From: Dehalococcoidia bacterium
Lineage (GTDB): Bacteria; Chloroflexota; Dehalococcoidia; Lucifugimonadales; UBA3495
NCBI GenBank assembly: GCA_965262865.1
Contig: CBDHFZ010000003.1
Coordinates: 214,566 to 278,565, forward strand
Direction: 5' to 3'
DNA length: 64,000 bases
Numbering within the stretch: the stretch's first letter is position 1; every line of letters begins with the position of its first letter. Positions 57,746 through 64,000 of the stretch are shown in pieces. A model generated the notes under the pieces. It did not search any database and had not been told where the DNA came from. It saw only the letters and a program-made list of their open reading frames with translations. The translations under genes and the position numbers were made by a program.

Positions 57746-59513
57746 CTAGAAATCTGACCGGAAAGTGGGGTCGCCGGCCACTGGCTACACGTGAGGTCAA
57801 CAAGAGCAGCGAGGACTGGGCATGCTGGGAGAGCGATCGGACCATAGGGGCCTCTGGGGAGCGGACAGGTGTATATGGACCACGTCTGCAAGGACACCTT
57901 TTACGGCCTGCTGGCATCACTGCGGGACCGGCTGTTCCGGGACGCCGAGTTCTACTGCTTAGACAACCGCAGGGACAGCGTGCCGCCCAGCCTGCTGTCC
58001 ACTGCCCTGCTGCTCCAGTCCCACGACAAGGTCAGCGACGCCGAGGCCAAGGTACGGGCCGACTTCGACATACGGTGGAAAAGCCCGACCACGACTGGGC
58101 GGTGGCCCTGGGAATTGAGGCGGAGGACAGGCCCTTCGCCAAGAGCACGCTGCAGGTGTTCCGCGCCCAGTGATCCTGCACGACAAGGTGCTGAAGGTAT
58201 TCGAGTCCAGCCTGCGCCTTGCCAGGGAGTCGGGCTACCTGAAAAGGCTCGGCATGAGGGTAGCGCTGGACACGACCAACATCCTGGGCCGTGGCGCGGT
58301 CAAAGATACCTACAACCTGTTGGCAGACGGGATGGTCAAGCTGTTGCGGGCACTGGCAGCCGTGGCGAGGACCACCGATAGAAAATAGGCCAAGGTCCGG
58401 AGATACGAGCGGTACCTTGCCTCCAGCATCAACGGAGAAGAAAGCGTCCATCGACTGGTCGGACAAGCGGGCGCGGCAGGCCCTGCTGGCCGGGATTGTG
58501 GCCGACGCGGACCGGCTGCTGGAGTTGTCGCGGCGGGCGCAGGGGGAATTGGGGGAGGACAGCGCTGAACGTCAGCAGATAGTGGCGGCGGAACTGCTGG
58601 GCCGGTTGCTGCTCCAGGACTCGGAGCCGACGGATGACGCGGTGAGCCGGGACCGGACGATGTCCCTGCATGACACTAAGCACACTAAGCTTCGCCACGG
58701 CCGCAAGAGCAACAGTAGACGCTTCGACGGTCACAAGGCGGCGGTTGTGGTGGACACTGACTCTCAGCTGATCACCACAGTGGACGTACTGCCCGGCAAC
58801 CCTGCGGACAACCTGGGGCGCTGGAACTGGTGGCGCAGATGCTGAGCCTGCCGAAGTACCACACCGGTGTGCCGGTGGAGGAGACCATGGGCGCTGCCGC
58901 CTACGGCGACGGCGGTACCAGGTAGGCCTTGGCCGACGCGGGACGCATCCTGATTGCCCGTGTGCCGGAGCGTCCCAACCGGACCCACTTTCTCAAGGAG
59001 GACTTCCGGATTGACCTGGAGGCCGGCTCCTGCACCTGTCCGGTGGGGAATGTTACCCGAACCATTCTGCCTACAGGCAGAGGGACCGATTCAGCAGGCC
59101 GCATTTACCAACGGGTAGCATTCCGCTTCGACGCGGCAGTTTGCGGGGTGTGCCCGCTGCGGTCCCAGTGCGTGGCAGGGTCATCAGGATTGGGACGGAC
59201 GGTGCAGTTGCACCCACAGGAAGCGCTGTTGCAGCAGGCCAGGGTCCTGCAGCAGAGTGAAGCCTTTAGCGAGTACCGGCAGCGGCGGATAGTGGTGGAG
59301 CACCGGCTGGCGCGACTGTTCCAACTGGTAATCCGTCAGGCTCGCTACTGCGAGCGAGCCTGGACGAAATTCCAGCTGTATCTGGCGGCCACGGTGGCCA
59401 ACCTGACCTTGGTGGCCGCCAAGGCCGGTCTGCCAGACGACACCGGCGGCGGTTCCAGCGTCGGCAGATCCCTCCGTACCGAGACTATCTCCGTTCCGCC
59501 TTCGTCAGAATAG
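57746..59513 (+). pseudogene. Second, degenerate IS1182-like copy (transposase in at least 3 frames with internal stops)
   Basis: The left TIR CTAGAAATCTGACCGGAAAG is at 57746. ORF pieces 57869..58381, 58291..58845 and 58929..59513 are collinear with the 52066..53901 protein. The right end is degenerate. Confidence 0.8.
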
Positions 59514-59692
59514 ATCGCCATCTTGTAGGCGAGTCCTCTTCCGCCTGATAGCAACGGGCCTGGCACTCTACTTTGTATCGTTACTGCGTGTCCTTGCGAA
59601 GTCAAATCCCCGTGGGCTCTCATATTGACGTTCCGGCAAGTTTGCTCAGCGATCCTACTTAACGGGGCGGCGTCTCGGACCCACCCTCAATG

Positions 59693-59972
59693 CACCCTTT
59701 TCGGTATCATAACTACATGTCTACGTGAAGTCATGTCCTCGTGGATATATGAAGTTACGGGCCTACGTACCGGTAATTAACCCAACGAGAATCCTTTATG
59801 AGAGGCCACCTCAGCGCCTCCGTTCACACCCCTTTTCCGGTGTCGTGACTACATATCTACGTAAAGTCGTGTCCTCATGGATACATGGAGTTACGGGCCT
59901 ACGTACCGGTAATTAACCCAACGAGAATCCTTTATGGGAGGCCGCCTCAGCGCCTCCGTTCACACCCTTTGG
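59693..59972. repeat. Tandem repeat, ~2.1 copies of a 132-136-bp unit (candidate centromere or iteron region)
   Basis: Units are 59693-59824 and 59825-59960, plus 12 bp of a third. TTACGGGCCTACGTACCGGTAATTAACCCAACGAGAATCCTTTATG recurs with a 136-bp period (59755 and 59891). Each unit has two CTACGT boxes. Confidence 0.8.
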
Positions 59973-60271
59973 AAGCCTGGCTCGCTCTCCTACAGGTTCC
60001 GCAACAGCTCCCCGGTGGCCGGGTCATACAGCCGCACTCCAGCCCAGGCTCCACAGGGATGTCCAGCCCGAGCACCCCACTGCGGCCCCGCATCTCGCCG
60101 AAAGAGGACTTGGCCATGGACATCGACCGGGTGCTGCCCCATCCCCCAGCCACTCGCCCCCGACCCGGCGTGAAGCACAGGCCTGCTGGATCGAACCGCC
60201 AGCATTCGGACACCCCGGCACCGCCGTGACCGAGAATTCACCTCGCCCTGAGCTTGGGTCAAAGCTTAGAA

Positions 60272-60301
60272 AAGACAAAACATAATGATTGTGGTATAAA
60301 T
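60272..60301 (+). promoter_or_regulatory. Sigma70-like promoter candidate (AAGACA-N17-TATAAAT with upstream TG)
   Basis: Read directly in an AT-rich patch. It has an extended -10-like TGGTATAAAT. It is a prediction only. Confidence 0.35.
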
Positions 60302-60302
60302 A

Positions 60303-60330
60303 AAGCCGGACAGTTTGAGCTGTCCGGCTT
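60303..60330 (-). terminator. Perfect 11-bp hairpin AAGCCGGACAG-TTTGAG-CTGTCCGGCTT
   Basis: On the minus strand it is followed by TATTTATA. On the plus strand it would be the 5' stem of the candidate sRNA. Confidence 0.4.
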
Positions 60331-60457
60331 AACAAGGGCCGACGGTGCGCAGACGAACACCGAACAGCCAGCCAGTGAGCGTTAATCAGAGCTCATACTG
60401 GACTCGTTCAGTATATCAAGTCAGACACCTCGGCGCAAAGGCGAGGTGTCTTTTTTG
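60308..60457 (+). ncRNA. Candidate ~150-nt structured small RNA upstream of the rep-like gene
   Basis: It is bounded by the promoter-like element and a strong intrinsic terminator. No ORF of at least 60 aa on the plus strand lies wholly inside it, and no SD-led short frame was noticed. This is inference only. Confidence 0.3.
60423..60457 (+). terminator. Rho-independent terminator AGACACCTCG-GCGCAAAGG-CGAGGTGTCT followed by TTTTTTG
   Basis: 10-bp perfect stem and a T6 run, read directly. Confidence 0.75.
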
Positions 60458-60675
60458 TTGCCTGAAACACCAGGTTAACCCCCGCCCGTAGAACCAGTGC
60501 GGGACCGGAGCAACCACCTGGGCCTCGACAACCCAGGGCGAAGCCCCGATCCGGCACAACACCGGTCTAGACACCGGCGAACATAGCTGAGTGACGCAAA
60601 AACGCCGCCTGACAGTCTCACAATCAGCGGCGTTATGCGAACCAGATAACCTTTCATAGGAGTTCGACTTCTCCC

Positions 60676-62163
60676 ATGACTATTGGAGTTTACCCCAAGT
60701 CCAACGGCGGCGCAACAATATCAGGGGCAGGATCAGGGGCAGGATCGCCGATTCCCGCGGGGCCTGACCACGTGGTCCGGTACGCCCTGAACAGCGGTCC
60801 CGGCCTGAACATCCCGGCCTGGGCCGTCTACATCGCCCTGGCCCACTTCAGCGATGACCACGGGCTGTCCGAACGCACCCACCGGGAGATCGCCGACGCC
60901 ATCGACGCCGGCAGCGTCTCCACGGTCAAGGTGGCCATTCAGCATCTCGAGTACTTCGGCAAGGTGGAGGTCACCCGGCGCCCCGGATCCACCGGGGGCA
61001 GGAACCTCCCCAACGTGTACCGGATAACCGGCGAGGAATTCGACTGGGAGCCGACCCCCAAGGAACCCCGGGAGCCGGGCCAGATCTTCGCAGCCTACCG
61101 CCGCCGCCACGCGCAGATAGAGGCCGAGCATCGCCGGAGCTACGAGGCACTCGAGCAGAGCCACCGGCAGCGGGAGCAGGACCTGCTCCGGCGCATCGGC
61201 GAACTCGAGGCCGCCGCAAACGGTCATGCTCCCCGCCAAGGGGAGGACGCTGCCCTCTCCATGGGCGAACCCCCCGGCAGCCGGGAGGCGGCCATCCTGC
61301 CCGAAGCAGCACCTCAGCCATCCCCGGCCTCCCCCGGCTCCCCCGAGTCCCTCGGGAACGAACCGCCCTATCCCAGAGAAGACAATCCCCCCGGCGGGAC
61401 TGCCGAACTGCCGGAAGCGCATGCCCAGGAGCTGGACAGCCGGGAAACGGCTATCGCTCCGGACCCGGATCTTCAACAGGACCCTCCAGAGGAAGAACAG
61501 GAAGCAGAGGACGAGGTCGACCTGCTGACGCGGGAGTTCTGGCCTTGGATCAGGGGCAAATGGGATGACATCAACAACGCCATCCACTGGTACAAGCGGA
61601 ACCGCGGCGAATGGACACGGCAGCTGAAGAACGCCAGGGCGGCCAGGGAGGCCGAGGAACGCAGGCAGGCCAAGCCGGGGGACCGGGCGGACAGGCATCG
61701 CCCTGGATACGAACCGGGATACGAACCTGGAGGGGATGAAACAGAGAGAGTCCCGCTCTGGGACAGCAGCATACAGGCCGACCCCGACGCCAGGTCGCTG
61801 TGGGCCGCGGTGCTGGCAGACCTGCAGGTGAAGCTGCCCCGCCCGACCTTCGAAACATGGCTGAAACCAACGGCGGGCGTGGCATTCAAAGGAGACCGGT
61901 TCATAGTGGTCGCCCCGACTCCCTTCGCCGCGGAGTGGCTGGAAAAAAGAATGTTCCACGCATTGCAGAGCGCCCTGGAAAGGGCGGCAGGCCGCGGCCT
62001 GCAACTGCAGCTGCAGGCCTTGGAGGCCCATAGCGGCGATGACCCCCCGGTGGTGGATTATGATCAGGGGAACCCCTCGGGCACGGATCACGAACCACCG
62101 GATCACGAACCACCGGATCACGAACCACCGGATCACGAAACAGGAGATGAAACCGGTGAGTGA
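60676..62163 (+). CDS. Replication-initiator-like protein: winged-helix N-terminal domain, acidic/Pro-rich linker, DnaA-N-like domain, DHEPP repeats
   Basis: wHTH-like AWAVYIALAHFSDDHGLSERTHREIADAIDAGSVSTVKVAIQHLEYFGKVEV. DnaA N-terminal-like LWAAVLADLQVKLPRPTFETWLKPTAGVAFKGDRFIVVAPTPFAAEWLEKRMFHALQSAL. 15-bp GATCACGAACCACCG occurs x3 plus a partial copy (62086-62140). Confidence 0.65.
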   Translation: MTIGVYPKSNGGATISGAGSGAGSPIPAGPDHVVRYALNSGPGLNIPAWAVYIALAHFSDDHGLSERTHREIADAIDAGSVSTVKVAIQHLEYFGKVEVTRRPGSTGGRNLPNVYRITGEEFDWEPTPKEPREPGQIFAAYRRRHAQIEAEHRRSYEALEQSHRQREQDLLRRIGELEAAANGHAPRQGEDAALSMGEPPGSREAAILPEAAPQPSPASPGSPESLGNEPPYPREDNPPGGTAELPEAHAQELDSRETAIAPDPDLQQDPPEEEQEAEDEVDLLTREFWPWIRGKWDDINNAIHWYKRNRGEWTRQLKNARAAREAEERRQAKPGDRADRHRPGYEPGYEPGGDETERVPLWDSSIQADPDARSLWAAVLADLQVKLPRPTFETWLKPTAGVAFKGDRFIVVAPTPFAAEWLEKRMFHALQSALERAAGRGLQLQLQALEAHSGDDPPVVDYDQGNPSGTDHEPPDHEPPDHEPPDHETGDETGE

Positions 62164-62599
62164 AGGCAAAGACGCCAGGGTGGCGGGCGACGCGGTCAGG
62201 TTCGCAGCGATCCGCTACCGGAACGCGGCCAAGGCGGCCCGGAAGCGCGGCGAGAGTCCGCTCAGGGACGAGGTGGCCCGGGTCAGGGCCGGAATCCTGC
62301 TCAAGGCGGCCGCCGCCTGGCATCCTCTCTGGCTGAAATGGCGGGCCTCCCTGGGGGAGACGCACCCGCCGGATGCACCGATCCCGCCCGCGCAGACCCG
62401 CTTGGGGGAGGTGTTCCAGGCCTCCAAGCGCTTCGGCTTCGCCGTGAGCCAGGGAAACCAGTCCCACACCCTGGCCGGCGAGATCCTGAGGGCGGCGGAG
62501 CGGCTCCGGAGGAAGGACTACACGTCCATTCCATGGCGGAAGACCCCGGCGACTGATACGGCCGATATGGCCGATACGGCCGCCGCCCCGGCGGAGTGA
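62147..62599 (+). CDS. Hypothetical protein, start overlapping the rep-like gene
   Basis: MKPVSEGKDARVAGDAVRFAAIRYRNAAKAARKRGESPLRDEV... An in-frame GTG at 62156 has AGGAG 9 nt upstream. No family recognised. Confidence 0.45.
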   Translation: MKPVSEGKDARVAGDAVRFAAIRYRNAAKAARKRGESPLRDEVARVRAGILLKAAAAWHPLWLKWRASLGETHPPDAPIPPAQTRLGEVFQASKRFGFAVSQGNQSHTLAGEILRAAERLRRKDYTSIPWRKTPATDTADMADTAAAPAE

Positions 62600-62873
62600 C
62601 TCGCGTGCCACCCACGCCTGCAATTCCCGGCCCGCGGTCAAGCCCCTGACCTACAGGGAGGGGCTGACGCCCGGATCGTCCACCAGCGACCGCGGCCGAC
62701 GTACAGGCCGAAATTGAAACGCCACCGCCGAACGCATCCGGCGGCCACCGCACCGCGTTCACCCGATTTCCACGCAGCGTTGCCGGAGGACCAGCTGCGT
62801 GGGCCGCAGCAGCACCAGACAGGGCTTGTCCTGCGACCACGCTGAACCCCAACTTCACTGCGGATTCACTGCC

Positions 62874-62962
62874 GTGGCTCCCACAGGCAGGAAGGTTTGA
62901 CTCAGCTGCGCAGTTGTTACCCACGGCATATCAGGTGGCTCCCACAGGCAGGAAGGTTTGAC
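62874..62962. repeat. Two identical 28-bp direct repeats GTGGCTCCCACAGGCAGGAAGGTTTGAC separated by 33 bp
   Basis: Copies are at 62874-62901 and 62935-62962. No third convincing copy lies 61 bp either side. This could be iterons or a minimal CRISPR-like unit. Confidence 0.7.
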
Positions 62963-63548
62963 CCCCATCCGCCTCGCCGACAGACCGCCATCGCAGACGT
63001 GCGCCACGTCCGAAATGGAACCGGCCCGTATTGCACGCTCCGGAGTTTCGGGCAGGGGCAGGCTCATCTGCCAGCGGCCTCAGGGAACCGCGATAGGAAA
63101 CCGGGACGATGGGATTCACCTCGGCCGCACCGGCTGCATCACCCAGCCCTGCGACCCTGCGATATTCCGCGGCGCCTGCAGAAGGTCCATGTCACGCACA
63201 CCGGGGAATCAGACGCCGGCAGACCCGGTCAGCTCTGACTCCTGGGCGAAGCCACTACCGAACCGCCCAGACCCGAGGGTCCACGGCCATTTCACAGAGC
63301 GGGCGCGGTCGGAACACCTAGATCGACAGCATCGCCGTTGACCGCACGACCGGTTCACAGATGCCGGTTCAGTACGGTGGTGCCCAGCCAACACCCCTCC
63401 GGCAAAGTCGAGTCGGCACATGACGTTGCCGCCGTTGCCGGTTTTTCGGCAGGGGTGCCCCCGGAGGCTGGTTGCCCAGCAATACGACAACGCCTCCAAG
63501 CTCGACCATTCCCGTTGGACCGGAGTAATCCCAAGCCGTTTGCAAGCT

Positions 63549-63610
63549 ACGTAGTAGTAGTAATTTAATATCAATTTTTTGAAATGATTAAATATTACTA
63601 TTATTACCAC
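63549..63610. other. ~60-bp strongly AT-rich imperfect palindrome (candidate DNA-unwinding element or promoter)
   Basis: ACGTAGTAGTAGTAATTTAATATCAATTTTTTGAAATGATTAAATATTACTATTATTACCAC sits in an otherwise GC-rich context. The arms are GTAGTAGTAATTTAATATCA and TGATTAAATATTACTATTATTAC. Confidence 0.5.
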
Positions 63611-63697
63611 GACAGTAAGCAGCCCGAAAACGGCTGTTCAGAATGGCAGGGCCACCATCTCCATCCTGCGCGGAACCGTGATTGATATGAATTGCCC

Positions 63698-64000
63698 TCA
63701 CGCTGCGCCGCCCGGGGTGGGATGGGTGTTCGCCGCTCTGTCCCGTGCCGGGATGAAATCTCCACCCCAGTGACCGTGGCCGTTCCCCTGATTGTTCATG
63801 CTGCTGCGGGCCGGGCTCTGCGTCTCCCGGCGAGTCCCTGAGTCTGCAATCGTGCTGATCCAGGGTGGCGGGCCATAGACGTCACCGGTTGGCGCACCTG
63901 GTGCAGAGAACGCCGTCCCCGGCCGGGTGTCCGCACCTTCGTCAGACGCGGCTGTAGACCGTGGAACTGCAGGGTTCCATTCCTCCGTCGCCGTTGGAGC
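63698..64000 (-). CDS. Possible 3' end of a gene entering from the right edge (low-complexity Pro/Gly-rich tail)
   Basis: Hand translation of the minus strand from nt 64000 is open for 100 codons (APTATEEWNPAVPRSTAASDEGADTRPGTAFSAPGAPTGDVYGPPPWIST...) and ends at TGA 63700-63698. It is not in the ORF track. Coding status is uncertain. Confidence 0.3.
   Translation of the reverse strand, partial: APTATEEWNPAVPRSTAASDEGADTRPGTAFSAPGAPTGDVYGPPPWISTIADSGTRRETQSPARSSMNNQGNGHGHWGGDFIPARDRAANTHPTPGGAA

Noticed and set aside
59725-60229. ORFs of 63 and 114 aa reading through the tandem repeats (MKSCPRGYMKLRAYVPVINPTRILY...)
   Set aside because: The peptide repeats simply reflect the DNA tandem repeat. 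There are no start signals, and the region is better explained as a cis-acting site.
60733-62169. 478-aa minus-strand ORF antisense to the rep-like gene
   Set aside because: Its composition (R/G/P/V-rich) is low-complexity and it mirrors the DHEPP repeats as VIRWF repeats. The sense frame has recognisable wHTH and DnaA-N-like segments.
62874-62962. Calling the 28-bp repeat pair a CRISPR array
   Set aside because: There are only two repeats and one spacer, no degenerate third repeat, and no cas genes or leader recognisable in the window. It is kept as a generic repeat, with CRISPR remnant as one hypothesis.

Overview
This is a GC-rich bacterial accessory region (by eye; nothing was computed). 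It has plasmid-like hallmarks: a parA plus RHH partition pair, 132-136-bp tandem repeats, a Rep-like protein with a DnaA-N-like domain, and an AT-rich palindrome. It is saturated with mobile-element debris. That includes IS21 (one 3'-truncated copy plus two end remnants), two different IS630-family elements, IS607 (tnpA with an in-frame TAG, tnpB truncated), IS3, two IS1182-like copies, and IS1380 and IS110 fragments. There is also a Tn3-family miniature element, three MITE-like repeat families and at least five decayed serine-recombinase genes. Between these sit housekeeping-like genes: an SbcCD-like pair, a D-aminoacylase and a secreted nuclease lipoprotein. There is also a dense set of conflict or defence-type modules: a 1722-aa exonuclease-RecQ-UvrD fusion helicase beside a frameshifted Cas4-like nuclease; a VapB-PIN-SMODS-like nucleotidyltransferase-SLOG-like four-gene cluster; HNH + DUF5131 + TcmP; three Uma2 nucleases; and a Phd-VapC pair. 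The most unusual locus is a visibly AT-richer island (about 34.0-51.9 kb, interrupted by GC-rich IS insertions). It carries a tightly overlapped minus-strand operon (41053-48499) encoding a MerR regulator, a SIS-HAD fusion, a PRTase-like protein, a STAND-like P-loop NTPase, an unassignable 378-aa protein and a PfkB-family kinase. A Hanks-type Ser/Thr kinase lies nearby. I cannot match this combination to any named system and propose it as the candidate undescribed system. All calls come from reading motifs in the supplied or hand-made translations and from by-eye repeat comparison; no database searches were run.
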